A DNA stretch of 63,983 nt, the filler included, from Diploschistes diacapsis (lineage: Eukaryota), in NCBI GenBank assembly GCA_023645945.1. It is 12 parts of 12 records of this genome, joined end to end, with 100 filler letters (N's around TTAATTAATTAA, not from the genome) between each part and the next. Parts side by side here need not be neighbours in the genome. Positions count along the whole stretch, not along the records: positions 21,568 to 26,843 come from JALAIB010001577.1; positions 26,944 to 32,218 come from JALAIB010001578.1; positions 32,319 to 37,593 come from JALAIB010001579.1; 9 more parts are not named here. One strand, 5' to 3'. The notes under the pieces are model-generated. The model saw only the letters and a list, made by a program, of their open reading frames with translations. It ran no database searches and was not told the origin of the DNA. Numbering within the stretch: position 1 is the stretch's first letter; the number at the start of each line of letters is the position of its first letter. A program made the position numbers and the translations under genes. Shown here piece after piece: positions 23,699-36,638 of the stretch.

Positions 23699-26140
23699 AT
23701 GTCTGAATATCGGTACGACTTTCAAGTTAAGCCTAATGCCAATCCAAAGTCCATCGTTGCGGGCGACCATTGGCGGTTCACGGTGCTTACAGACGGCCTG
23801 CTTCGGTTTGAATGGACTGGAGATAAACCCGGAGAGTTCGAAGATCGGGCGTCTACGTTTGCGATAAACAGAGATTTTCCTGTTCCTGAATTCCAGCAAT
23901 GGGAGAAGAACGGCTACCTGAATATCAGGACTAGTCGATTCCATGTGATATACAACAAGAAGGCCTTCACAGAAAGCAACCTCCTGGTCCGGATCCTTGG
24001 GGGTATCACAAGACATCACAGTGAATGGCGATATGGCCAAGTAGCCGATGGCTTTGGGGGCACTGCAAGGACTCTAGACGGTGTAGACGGGCGCATTGAG
24101 GTCGGGCCTGGCGTTGTTTCTAGTCAGGGGTACGCAGCTATTAATGACTCGAGGTCGATGCTATTTGATGGATCAGGCTGGGTAGGGTCTCGACAGGGCG
24201 GTGCTGGGAGGGTCGACGGCTATCTCTTCGCTTATGCACATGATTATCGAGGCGCTATCAGAGCATTATATGGCTTATCCGGCAAGCAGCCATTACTACC
24301 AAGATGGAGTCTGGGAAATTGGTGGAGTCGGTATTATGCATACAATGCAGACGAGTACACGAATCTCATGGATAGGTTTAAGAAGGAAGGAATACCCATG
24401 AACGTTGCCGTGATCGATATGGACTGGCATTGGGTTCACGCACAGCGCGTGAAAGACGCTGGCATGAGTGGTTGGACAGGCTACTCATGGGATAAAGCAC
24501 TGTTTCCGGACCCAAAACATTTCTGTAAAGGTCTGCATGACCGTAACCTGAAGATCACACTCAACGATCATCCGGCGGACGGTGTTGCAAGCTACGAAGA
24601 CGCATATCAAGAAATGGCGAAAGCACTTGGCCATGATACCAGCAATGGTGAAGCTATCGACTTTGACTCAACCGACAGGAAGTTTCTCGATGCTTATTTC
24701 GACATCTTGCTCCGAAGGCTCGAGAATGATGGCTGCGATTTCTGGTGGGTTGACTGGCAAAGTGGGCCGTTCTCTCGTATTAAAGGAACTGATCCTCTTT
24801 GGATGCTTAACCACTATCATTTTCTTAACAACAAAGTGCGGGATAAGAATGCACCTCTTGTGTTCTCTCGCTATGCTGGACCAGGATCCCATCGCTATCC
24901 GGTTGGTTTCTCAGGCGACACAGTAACGACGTGGAACAGCCTCGACTTCCAGCCGGAATTCACAGCAACTGCATCTAACATCGGATATGGCTGGTGGTCG
25001 CACGATATTGGAGGACACATGCATGGCTACAGAGACGACGAGCTGGTGGCAAGGTGGGTGCAGCTAGGGGTCTTCTCGCCCATCATGCGGCTACACTCGA
25101 CGCAAAGCTTGTGGATGTCCAAGGAGCCATGGCTGTACGGTATCCAAACGGAAATGGCGATGAAGGAGATGCTCCGCTTTCGTCACCGAATGCTACCCTA
25201 CCTGCATACCATGAACGTTCGAGCAACAAGGGAAGATGAGCCGCTCGTCCAGCCAATGTACTGGACATGGCCCGAGAGGAAAGAGGCCATCCAGTTCAAG
25301 AACCAGTTTTACTTCGGCTCTGAGCTCCTCGTTACGCCCATTACTTCACCGCAAGACCCCACCCTGCGCCTAGGCACCGTCAAAGCCTGGCTGCCACCGG
25401 GCCGCCACGTCGATATCTTCACCGGCGCCGTCTACGACGGAGACCGAGTCCTCGACATCTACAGAAGTCTAAACCACATCCCCGTCTTAGCCAGCTGCGG
25501 CTCCATCGTCCCCCTCGACCACGACCCGGTCCCCGGCAACGGCTCCTTCAACCCCTCAAACATGGAGCTCCTCATCGTCGTCGGCGAGGACGCCCGATTT
25601 ACTATCATCGAAGACGACGCCTCGGGCAACGCCGCCTCCGTCAACTTCTCCATCACCTTCAACCAGCGCGACGGAACGCTGCACATCGCCGGCGCGCCAC
25701 CCTCAGCCAGCCCCGCTACCCGCAAATGGTGGCTCAACTTTGCCGCATGCTACTTTGACGAGCATGATCTCCGCATCACGGACACCGGCAGCAACGAGGA
25801 TAGCGACAAGGACAAGGGCTCGGAACTGCTCGCGCCTTCGGTCACGCGCTCGGCGTACGGGACGATGGTGGAACTCGGCTCGCTGGATGCGGGGAGTAGC
25901 GTGACTGTCAGCGTTGGCAGGGATCCGCAGCTAAGGATTGCGGACCCGGGGGAGTGGATCAGGGGCACTTTGATGGATGCGCAGATCGAGTTTGGGGTCA
26001 AGCAGAAGATCTGGGATGTCGTTGAACGGAAGGATGTAACGAGGATTAGTAAGGCGAGTCAGTTGGAGGCGCTGGAGATGCCGCGGGGTTTGAGGGCGGC
26101 AGTTTTGGAGGCGTTGCTTGCTGATTCGAGGGGAGGGTGA
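23699..26140 (+). CDS. Glycoside hydrolase family 31 (GH31_u1-like), intronless
   Basis: LGNWWSRY, VIDMDWH, GWTGYSW, nucleophile motif FWWVDWQ, RYAGPGSHRYPVGFSGDT, WWSHDIGG and FSPIMRLH. Confidence 0.93.
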   Translation: MSEYRYDFQVKPNANPKSIVAGDHWRFTVLTDGLLRFEWTGDKPGEFEDRASTFAINRDFPVPEFQQWEKNGYLNIRTSRFHVIYNKKAFTESNLLVRILGGITRHHSEWRYGQVADGFGGTARTLDGVDGRIEVGPGVVSSQGYAAINDSRSMLFDGSGWVGSRQGGAGRVDGYLFAYAHDYRGAIRALYGLSGKQPLLPRWSLGNWWSRYYAYNADEYTNLMDRFKKEGIPMNVAVIDMDWHWVHAQRVKDAGMSGWTGYSWDKALFPDPKHFCKGLHDRNLKITLNDHPADGVASYEDAYQEMAKALGHDTSNGEAIDFDSTDRKFLDAYFDILLRRLENDGCDFWWVDWQSGPFSRIKGTDPLWMLNHYHFLNNKVRDKNAPLVFSRYAGPGSHRYPVGFSGDTVTTWNSLDFQPEFTATASNIGYGWWSHDIGGHMHGYRDDELVARWVQLGVFSPIMRLHSTQSLWMSKEPWLYGIQTEMAMKEMLRFRHRMLPYLHTMNVRATREDEPLVQPMYWTWPERKEAIQFKNQFYFGSELLVTPITSPQDPTLRLGTVKAWLPPGRHVDIFTGAVYDGDRVLDIYRSLNHIPVLASCGSIVPLDHDPVPGNGSFNPSNMELLIVVGEDARFTIIEDDASGNAASVNFSITFNQRDGTLHIAGAPPSASPATRKWWLNFAACYFDEHDLRITDTGSNEDSDKDKGSELLAPSVTRSAYGTMVELGSLDAGSSVTVSVGRDPQLRIADPGEWIRGTLMDAQIEFGVKQKIWDVVERKDVTRISKASQLEALEMPRGLRAAVLEALLADSRGG

Positions 26141-26498
26141 GAAAACGGTTTTTTTTTACAAATGAGAAGGGAGTGGGGATTCGATGACGTGGTGGTAAAC
26201 GCTGATAACGATGGTAGTAATGAAGAGCAGGCTCCTACGAACAAGCGAAAACACTGGCGCGTAACTCATCGCCAGCTCCTTCCTCGGCTTATCAGGCTTC
26301 CGAGTACTTGGAGAGCTGGGGCGCTCCTGTAGCTTCAAAGTACAAGGAATAATAGGCGATGAAAAACAAGCTCGAACAAACAGCTAAAACCCCGCCAGAA
26401 TAGTACAATATGGGGTATCTCAAGACTTGGAAAATGCCAACCAAAAAGCCATTCTCCCATATAGTCCACGACTCCGTTCCCTTCCATCGCTTTCGCCC

Positions 26499-26843
26499 TC
26501 ACTTACCACCCTCTGCCCCCTCAATACTTCCAATAATCCCCCTCCTCACCCTCCAAGCCCCGCACGCCACCAACATAAACACAAGGATGAAAACTGCCTG
26601 CAGCGGATCCTGCACCAAGCCCCTGGCCACCAACACGACGCTGAGCGCGCAGAAGATGATGGGGTTGGAGGGCCAGGTTCTGTAAAGTTTTTTGAGTGGC
26701 GGAGGCGGAGGAAGAGCGACGAACGCGCCAGAGGCCCGCGGCGGCGAGGAAGAAGAATATGTATTCGATTATACCTGTTTATGTCAGTAATGGGGATGGG
26801 GGAGTCTGGGAGGGGAATTGACGCAAGGGAAGAGGAGTGGGGA
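26499..26843 (-). CDS. Amino acid permease (LAT/methionine permease-like), C-terminal fragment with an apparent frameshift
   Basis: GIIEYIFFFLAAAGLWRVRR and YRTWPSNPIIFCALSVVLVARGLVQDPLQAVFILVF lie in different frames across an A6 run. Confidence 0.6.
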
Positions 26844-26943
26844 NNNNNNNNNNNNNNNNNNNNNNNNNNNNNNNNNNNNNNNNNNNNTTAATTAATTAAN
26901 NNNNNNNNNNNNNNNNNNNNNNNNNNNNNNNNNNNNNNNNNNN

Positions 26944-28523
26944 GTATCTGGGGTGGTCGAAGGAGGAATTGGAGAGGCGGTGGGGTGGCGATGTGCGTTA
27001 TCCTCTTTCTCTTTCTTTCTTGGGGCTGGGGGGCAAAGGAGTACTTGCTTTGGGAACGAGGTTTCCTTGTATTTTGTCAATTGAGGTACTTGAGAGCTGT
27101 TGCATTCTTGTTTCATGTCCGCATGTCCCGCGGAGGCTCGTTGCGGTAGTGCTATGCGTGTCCGACATTCTCTTCTCTCCCTTTCTCCGGACGATAAAGG
27201 GGGGATAGCCCGCTGAACGTGCATATACAGTGGGCCTTCTCGGGCATATCCACTTTTGCCCACCTCAAGCACGTGAGGTGTCTCACCGAGCCGGATGAGA
27301 AGTTCGATATTGCCATCGTGGGTGCCCCCTTTGATACGGCGGTCAGCTACAGACCAGGTATGTCGAAGAGTTTTTTGCCTGCCCCTGATCTTCCTCAGCG
27401 GTCGCTGGCTGTGAGGATGATTTAGCATGGTGTCCCAATGCCGTCGAGGGAGAGCCACGTCCGTTCCAAGGAATCGAGTCCTTTTCCCCCAGCGCACTCC
27501 TTGTTCGCCAATCCCCTTTCACCTCTTACGCATGCTAGGAAAAGTGTCCGATAACTGACTTCCGTATCAGGAGCCCGCTTCGGCCCCCGCGCCATCCGCG
27601 CCGCCTCCGCGCGGCAGCTGCCCTTCCGCGCGTACAACCCCCGCTCGCTCTCCAACCCCTACACCTCGCCCCTCAAGATCCTCGACTGCGGCGACATCCC
27701 CATCAACCCCTTTGACAACGCCCTCGCCCTCGAGCAAATGACGACCGCCTTCCACCAGCTCGGCCTCCGCCACACCAATCTCTCCTCCTCCTCCTCCTCC
27801 TCCACCACCATCACCCCCCTGTTCGCCCACCCAAAACTAATCACCCTGGGCGGCGACCACAGCATCGCCCTCGCCGCGCTGCGCGCACTCTACAGGATCC
27901 ACAAGCAGCCCATGGCCGTCGTGCACTTCGATGCGCACCTCGACACGTGGCACCCGTCCGCGTACCCGTCCGCCTGGCACGTGCCCTCCTTCACGCACGG
28001 CAGCATGTTCTGGATGGCGAGCGAGGAAGGGCTGATAGCGAACGGCTCGTCCGCGCACGCCGGCCTGCGCACGCGGCTGCAGGGGCCGGCCGACTGGGCC
28101 GACGATGACCGCCAGGGGTTCCTGCGCATCGCGGCGGACGACATCGACGACATCGGGACCGAGGGCGTGGTCGAGAGGATCCTGGCGAGGGTGGGCACGC
28201 GCACGCCCGTCTACCTGAGCCTCGACATCGACGTCGTGGATCCGGGCCTGGCGCCGGGCACGGGGACGCCGGAGCCCGGCGGCTGGACGAGCCGGGAGGT
28301 CATCCGCGTCCTGAGGGGCTTGGAGGGTTTGAACGTCGTCGGGGCGGACGTGGTGGAGGTGGCGCCGGCGTACGATGGGGTCGGGGAGCAGACGGCGCTG
28401 TTGGGGGCGCAGGTGGTGTATGAGATGCTGACCAGCGTTGTCGGGCGCGCCGTCAAGGACCTGCAGGCCGCTGAGCGTGGAGACGAGGAGGATGCCGGGG
28501 CGAGGTTGAGGGATGAGCTGTAG
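26944..28523 (+). CDS. Agmatinase/guanidinobutyrase (ureohydrolase family), 5' truncated
   Basis: [44 protein letters not shown] and [18 protein letters not shown]. The protein ends in RDEL. Confidence 0.93.
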
Positions 28524-29154
28524 TTGATGGAACCCGATAGATCCAGGTTGATCTTGTTAGCGGTCAAGTCGATAAAAGGCACCGGCTGGCGAGCTGCTGA
28601 GGTTATAGGGCTACGAGGCTAGACATAGTCTGCTCCATAGTAGTCTTCTCGCATTACTCAAACCAGTTCTTGCGATTTTTTTATGAAATGGAATGTATGG
28701 AGAAACGAAAACCTGAAATTTTGCGGGAAGAGCACCCGACGATCAGCTGTCGGGCTGGAGTAGCTTGCACCAGCATGATGGCACTCAAATGCACGAAAAA
28801 ATTGGGATGTAATTTCTGGAGTTTACTGGCGTATGTATCATCACTGACCGCAGGGACAAGTGCTAGAACTCGGCATCGGACATATCCTGAGAACTCGTTT
28901 CTGTTTAGTATCCACAGTCTCACGATGGACGTATATGGCTCTTAATGTCCATCCTTCCCGTAATCGCCCACGCTTAAGATAGGGACTGAAAAGTGTCTTT
29001 GACACACTAAGTAAGGGCTCGTATCAAGGGGCTGCCAGCGGATTGACAAGTGGCAAGCATAACAACGGCCGGCACTTCCCCGGACACCTCTTTACTCCAT
29101 TCGCCGGGGCGTTTCTTTGACGGAAACACCAGCGCCAGTACATTTCGGTTGGTA

Positions 29155-30276
<1,122 letters not shown>

Positions 30277-31130
30277 TATGGCAGCTTGAGAATTTATGCT
30301 CTGGAAGCGCAGGCCAGCAATGTGTCAAGAATAACGGCTTGGTGGCGGCTGATCAAGGCGGGAGATGTCTGAAGGAGTTGAAGCTAATATTCTAGACTCG
30401 AGATAGTGCTGTTCTTTCACGGTCAAAGTGCCTCCTCGGCGATAGTCGAGCAGGACGTATACAGAACTAGAGCACTGAGCCGCGGGCTATCCTACATGAT
30501 CACAAAAATAAATAAGCAACACAACATTGAAGCTCACAGGTTGTTCATACCGGAAATGCTATGTGCAGCTGTTGGGGAATCCGGAAGCGCAACAAGAACA
30601 GGCAAAGCTGTGCCGGCGAATCTGGCTAGACAATTGTAGAAGTGAAGCGCAGTTCACTGATAGATATACTGAGAGGGACAAGCGCCTAATATGGGTGATT
30701 CGAAAAATAGGTAGATCTAGCCGAAAGAGGAGGTGAATGAGAACTATCGACCGTGAGTAATCAGGACTCGCAGTAGAAGTGTAGTAGTGAGCTGGTAGAG
30801 AATAATGATGAAAGTCTGATGCTCTCGAACTCTTCTCTCTATCTCTCTGTTTCTGTTGTCCAGGCCTGAAAAAGGGAAAAGCTTTTTGCCAAGGCCGCGT
30901 CAGTTGTCAGTGGTGTCGGGGATGGACTTTGGACTGGGGAGCATTAAGTTTCGGTCGGTATTGGGTATTGGGGTATTGGGGTATTTCTACTCACTTCTCG
31001 TACAGAGGGAGTATTATACTAGAGTTATTCCCGAGTACGAGGACATTGCATTATGGCTTTTGCCTTAGGCCCTTGGCTGCCTTGGATGCCTTTATAAGCT
31101 TTCAAGCTTTTCCCGTAACGTGTTCCACCA

Positions 31131-32218
31131 CTTAACGGTATGTGCTATTCTGCCTACTATAAAATTGTGTAACATATTTAGTGGCGCCTTAGTGATACAT
31201 TCTACCTAGCTCGCTGTGGCTTTGCCATATATCTAGATCTCTATATAATTTATATATAAATATATGTTACTTATAGAAATACGTAGAACTATATAAAATT
31301 AAATATAAAAGAAATATAATTTCATTATTATCGTGCCTATAATGATTTATAAAGTAAGTTATATAACTATAAAGATTATATAATAAAAAGAAATAGATAC
31401 TAAAATATTAAAAGATGTTTAAAATGTTTTAAAAATAACTTAAAAGCGTGCTTTTAAACCCTTTATAACCTTTTTTATACCATACTTCTCTTCTTCCGCC
31501 TATTATACCCCTTTTCGTTCTTCTTCCGCCCATTATGCTCTCTTCCGTTCTTCTTCCATTTCCGCGTCTGGTCGTGGTAATAAGTGATTATGAAAGTTAT
31601 TTAAAGCTCGTAGAAACTGGCTTATCAGGGCTTCTTTATCTTCTCGAGGTGCTTTTTCCGCCGCGCGTTTTTAGTCGTAGAAAGAGGTTTAAATATTCTC
31701 GAGAATCTTTTTAATTTACGCGTAATTAATAAACAATACCTTTAAATAAGACGATAATATATTTATAGCCGGCGTTTTTATCGAATAACGATTTCCGTAT
31801 CCGTTTATATAAAAAGATACGCCTCTTTTATATGTTTATATATAAAAAAGCCGCTGCCTTTATATATAATAACGGTATTTTTTTAATAATTTTAATTAAG
31901 CACGTTTTTATAAACGTACTCGACGAATTAAAAATAGCGATAAAAATATTATCATTTTCGTTAAAATTAATAATCGTAGCGGAAAATTTTATTATTTTAT
32001 AAAAGAAACTTTCCTTCCTTTCGGAATCTTAAGCTATACTTGAACTCCACGACGTAAAACTTCTACGCCGACGAAAAAAAGAAGCGTATTTTAAATCACC
32101 GATCCGTTCTAATAAAATAAAAAGAATTTTATTTCCGTTCCGTTTTACCGAGCCTGATTTAATACGATCTAATACGAGCTTTTATATATTCGATTAAACC
32201 GTAAAAGAATTAATAAAT
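31131..32218. mobile_element. AT-rich decayed transposon end
   Basis: Very AT- and TpA-rich. The first ~230 bp match the reverse complement of 32319-32555. Confidence 0.7.
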
Positions 32219-32318
32219 NNNNNNNNNNNNNNNNNNNNNNNNNNNNNNNNNNNNNNNNNNNNTTAATTAATTAANNNNNNNNNNNNNNNNNNNNNNNNNN
32301 NNNNNNNNNNNNNNNNNN

Positions 32319-32555
32319 TATAATTTACTTTATAAATTATTATAGGCACGATAATAATAAAATTATATTTTTTTTATATTTAATTCTATATAGTTCTACG
32401 TATTTTTATAAGTGATATATATTTATATATAAATTATATAAAGATTTAAGTACCTGGCAGAGCCACAGCGAGTTAGGTAGAATGCATTATTAGGGCGTCA
32501 CCAAATATGTTACACAATTTTATAGTAGGCAGAATAGCATATATCCTACCGTTGA
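32319..32555. mobile_element. Second copy of the same transposon terminus
   Basis: TGTTACACAATTTTATAGTAGGCAGAATAGCA is the reverse complement of TGCTATTCTGCCTACTATAAAATTGTGTAACA at ~31143. Confidence 0.75.
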
Positions 32556-33205
32556 GCTTCGGATATGTTGACTGGGTACAACTGAAATTCCACTTGGTGG
32601 CTCTGTGATAGCTTCAAGACATACCTTCGCGATATGGTGACTAGCCACGAGACTCTTCTAGATCTGATCCTTTTGTGATAGATGCTGAGATCTTGGTTGA
32701 TTCGAGAAGTGCTTCGATGGCTTTGACTGGTTGCATTAATGGTATGGAGCATCTCAGTATGCTTTTTTCGGTCGCAGTCGCGGTGTGCGAAACATCTGCA
32801 CAAATGCTTGTGGAGCTTCTGTCCTCACCAAATCTAGTCCAAACCATCAAGATCCAGAAGCCATTTTGATGCTTCAAGCTTCTTTACCCCGGCGTACGTT
32901 ATGGACAATTGTTGGTTAATAAATTAATAAAAATGTAAAAATGTGGTATTGAAGCCTGTCAGGATGTTGAATGCTGGCACCGGCTGAAAGCAGTTGGACA
33001 ACAATAAACGAAGATACAACAACCACTGACCTATAATGCTACGAATCATGCTTCTCCTGTTGAATCGTAACTCATGTTCGCTGAAATGACGATGTGTAGA
33101 GCCGTGCTCATTTACAGAACAGATTCAAGTTGAAGTAGGATGTTTTTTGAATGCCGTACTCCATGCAAAACGATATCCATGAATAGGGCTCGCTGGACCG
33201 TCTAA

Positions 33206-34501
33206 TTACCCTTGATTTGCAAAGTCTGTTAAGTACTTTGCAAGCTTCTGGACCTGCGCGAGTGTAACAGCGTTATAGTTGCTGACCCGTATCCCACCAA
33301 CGCTGCGGTGCCCCTTGAGACCCTGTAGCATCAACTCTTCCGCTCCCTTCACGAACGCCGTCTCGGCAGCCTTGTCTCCGCCTTTGACTCGAAAGCAGAG
33401 ATTCATTCGACTCCTCGCCGTCTTGTCGGGTACGACCTGGTAAACATCTGGGTTGGCATCTAGAATCTCATATAGCAATTCGGCCTTCTTCCGAACGAGT
33501 TCCGCTTGGCCTTCGAGTTTTCGCGCCCCGTGTACAGCGAGGAGATCTCGAATCACAAGATTCGCAATATAGACTGGAAGCAGTTCGAGAGTGTTGTAAA
33601 GGCTGTTCGCTTTGTAGATGGCGGGCCACGATAATACAGTTGGCGGAGACGGGATACCAACGGCATGTAGAAAGCCGGTTTGAGGCACGGTCGTCAAGAT
33701 GTCTTTACGAACAATGGCGACCGTTAAGCCAGCACTTGATATATTCTTTTGTGCTCCGAAGAAGATCGCACCGTACTTGCTGACGTCGACGGGCCGACTA
33801 AGTATATTGGAGGACATATCCGCCACGATAAGGGGTTCAGTGGTCCCGGCAACGTGGTGGTTGACAATTTTTGGTAAGCTCGGGAATTCCACTCCATCTA
33901 CCGTCTCGTTGTCGCAGTAATACATGAAAACAGGACTCACAGTACCCTTGACCGAACCTGTCAGACTCCAATGTCGTTCGTCCGGTATCGTGCGGAAGTT
34001 ACCGTCACTGAATTGTCTCGAATCCACAGCGATATTGACAACTTGCTGGCCGAGGGGCTCGAACAGAAGGACGGCCTCCTGCGCAGCCTTGAGAGTCCAG
34101 CTTCCAGTGACCAGGTAATCCATCCTCAAATTCTGCTTCATCTCATTTCGTACTCGCTCCAAGGTTGCATCTTCATCATCGCCTAGCTCTTCCATAGCAG
34201 CTCTTCTCCGAATTTCAACCCAAAAGGCAGCTAGATTCAGCGGTACAGCAGAGAATTGAGCGCTTGCTCCCGCTTGCATAAAGAGAACATCATGAGTATC
34301 TGGGATTTCCAGCAGCGCCCTCAAACGTGATTTTGTTTCTTCGAGGAGGTCGGCTGCCAGAGTACTTCGATGCGATATTTCACAAATTGACAGTCCGGAG
34401 TCCTTGTAGTTAAGCATCGCTTGTGCTGCAGATTGGAGGACCGCAGTAGGCAGAGGAGCTGGTCCCGCGCCGAAGTATGCTATGTTCTCTCGTGAGGGCA
34501 T
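33206..34501 (-). CDS. SER1: Phosphoserine aminotransferase
   Basis: YFGAGPA, EISHRS, YYCDNETVDGVEF, VADMSSNILS, the PLP-lysine motif GAQKN and GHRSVGGIRVSNYN. Confidence 0.97.
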   Translation of the reverse strand: MPSRENIAYFGAGPAPLPTAVLQSAAQAMLNYKDSGLSICEISHRSTLAADLLEETKSRLRALLEIPDTHDVLFMQAGASAQFSAVPLNLAAFWVEIRRRAAMEELGDDEDATLERVRNEMKQNLRMDYLVTGSWTLKAAQEAVLLFEPLGQQVVNIAVDSRQFSDGNFRTIPDERHWSLTGSVKGTVSPVFMYYCDNETVDGVEFPSLPKIVNHHVAGTTEPLIVADMSSNILSRPVDVSKYGAIFFGAQKNISSAGLTVAIVRKDILTTVPQTGFLHAVGIPSPPTVLSWPAIYKANSLYNTLELLPVYIANLVIRDLLAVHGARKLEGQAELVRKKAELLYEILDANPDVYQVVPDKTARSRMNLCFRVKGGDKAAETAFVKGAEELMLQGLKGHRSVGGIRVSNYNAVTLAQVQKLAKYLTDFANQG

Positions 34502-35200
34502 TTTGAAGGGATTGAATCTTCACAGGTAGGGTCTTTGAGTCAAGAAGGCTGGTGTATCTAAACAATCGCTTGAAGGTTTCAAAAGTTTGTGGTTGATTTC
34601 ACTTACCGAATGGTAAAATCTTACTCAGTCTATGAACGCAGCTTCGTTCCTACTTGTGCGAAGCAGATTCATGAGCGCAGACATTTTCTCTTATTAGCGC
34701 ATACTCACCAATTGGACATGGACAGAACTTGACTTCAAGGACTGTTTGGCATCAATATTTCAACTACTAGGGAAACACATACGTTACGGTTTCAGAATCC
34801 GATTTGAGGAAGAGCCCAGGCACAGGGCGGGTACGGAAGGTAGTCTCTGTAGCGAAACAGGTTGTCTCTCCGTTACTCAAGATTCCTGGCAGACATACGC
34901 CTTCAAAGTTTACAATCTATATCTTTAGGTCACTCAAGTCGAGTAACTGCGCGATGTTGAATGTTGTCGATGCCTCAAGACCGCTCCTGCCGTTGATGAA
35001 CAAGCTCATCGCCAGAGCAGCCAGTATCCCGCAGCAATTTTGGCGCCTTCACCCTGATCTACTACCCAGCATTTAATCTCTTTAGCGCCAACCTCCCTAT
35101 CAGTCGTTGTCCTAGATTTGCTATATCTCTGAATTGTCCTTAAACGATCGCTCTGCTCTTGTCTTCCCTACTTTCCTTCATTCTGTCCATAAGGTGCATC

Positions 35201-36638
35201 ATGTCCGGGCCTGACCGGCACCGGCATCGGGGTCTCTGGCCTGCTCAAATGCTACAACTGATTACGATACTAATGTTGCTCCTTCCATCTATATGTGCGT
35301 TACATCACATGAGACGCGACCCAGTAACATGGGTAGCAAGCCGTGCTACTAGCAGCAAACCTCTCTTTGTTCAGAACAAATGCGGCGAAGTTATCTACCC
35401 GGCAATCCTCACTCAGGCCGGAACAGGCCCAAGCACCACGGGTTTCAAGCTCAGTCCTGGCGCGTCTATGAGCCTCAGCGTCAGTGCGGACTGGCAGGGC
35501 CGCGTATGGGGTCGGACGAATTGCACTTTCAACTCTGCCGGCACTGGCCCCGACCACTCTGGCGGCGTGAACGGTAACGGCGCCGCCTGCGTAACCGGCG
35601 ACTGCGGTGGGACCGTGCAGTGCCAGCTAGCCGTACATCTCCCCTTCCCACCTGACTCTTACACCCTCCGTAGGAAGGCACTAACATCGACCACTAGGGC
35701 GCCTCCCCCGCCACCCTTGCCGAGTTCACATTTACCTCCGGTCAAGGTCAAACCTTCTATGACATCTCCCTAGTTGATGGGTACAATCTCCCCATGGGCA
35801 TCGAAGCCCTTTTCTCCCTCTCCGGCAACAGCACCCTCGAGGACATCCCTCCCAACCTGACCAACCCAATCTGCATCGGCACCTCCTCTCTCCTGGCGGA
35901 GGCCGGCTCCAGCGTCGACGCCCTCTTTGGCTCGAACTCATCCTTCCCCATCCCCCTTGACACCAAAAACACCGCGGCCTCCGTCGCGAGTTGGTGTCCT
36001 TGGGACTTGCAGGTCAACCCACCGTACAAGCCTGGGGACGGAGTGTATCCGTACCCGGACGACAATATCCAGCGGCCCATTTTCGATCCGTGTTTGAGCG
36101 CGTGCGCAAAGACGCAGTCGCCGAGCGATTGCTGCACGGGCAGCTACGACAACCCGAGCGTGTGCGGTCCCAACTATTACAGTACGCAGGCGAAGGGGGT
36201 GTGCCCGGACGCTTATAGCTATGGTAGATTTCTCTCCCCTCTCGGTCCTTTTTCGTCTCCCTACTTTTCTTCATTTTCTACGAGATATCTTCCCTCTTTC
36301 CCCTCCCTCATCTCTACAGATGCTAATGCGGCAAAGCCTTCGACGATCAAACTTCAACCTTCATCGTCCCCGAAGGTGGCGGCTTCGGCGTCGTCTTCTG
36401 TCCGCGGGGCCGCAGTTCCAATATCCTGGCCACGCTCGGCTCAGAACTGCGGGCTATTGCGGCCATGGGCAAGGTCACGCCACAGCAGCTGGACCTCCTG
36501 CAGAACGCCACGCTGATTCAGGAAATGAGTGCGGAGTCGTCAATAGCGGCTGGGAGCAGAGTGGGAGAGGTGGAGAAGAAGGCATGGTTGGCGTTGGTGG
36601 TGGGGATTGCGATGGCGGTTGCGTGGGAGGTGCTCTGA
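35201..36638 (+). CDS. Thaumatin-like (PR-5) protein, 3 exons, with a hydrophobic C-terminus
   Basis: WQGRVWGRTNC, CVTGDCGG, PATLAEF, FYDISLVDGYNLP and CPDAYSYAFDD. Signal peptide and C-terminal WLALVVGIAMAVAW. The start may be 35249. Confidence 0.92.
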
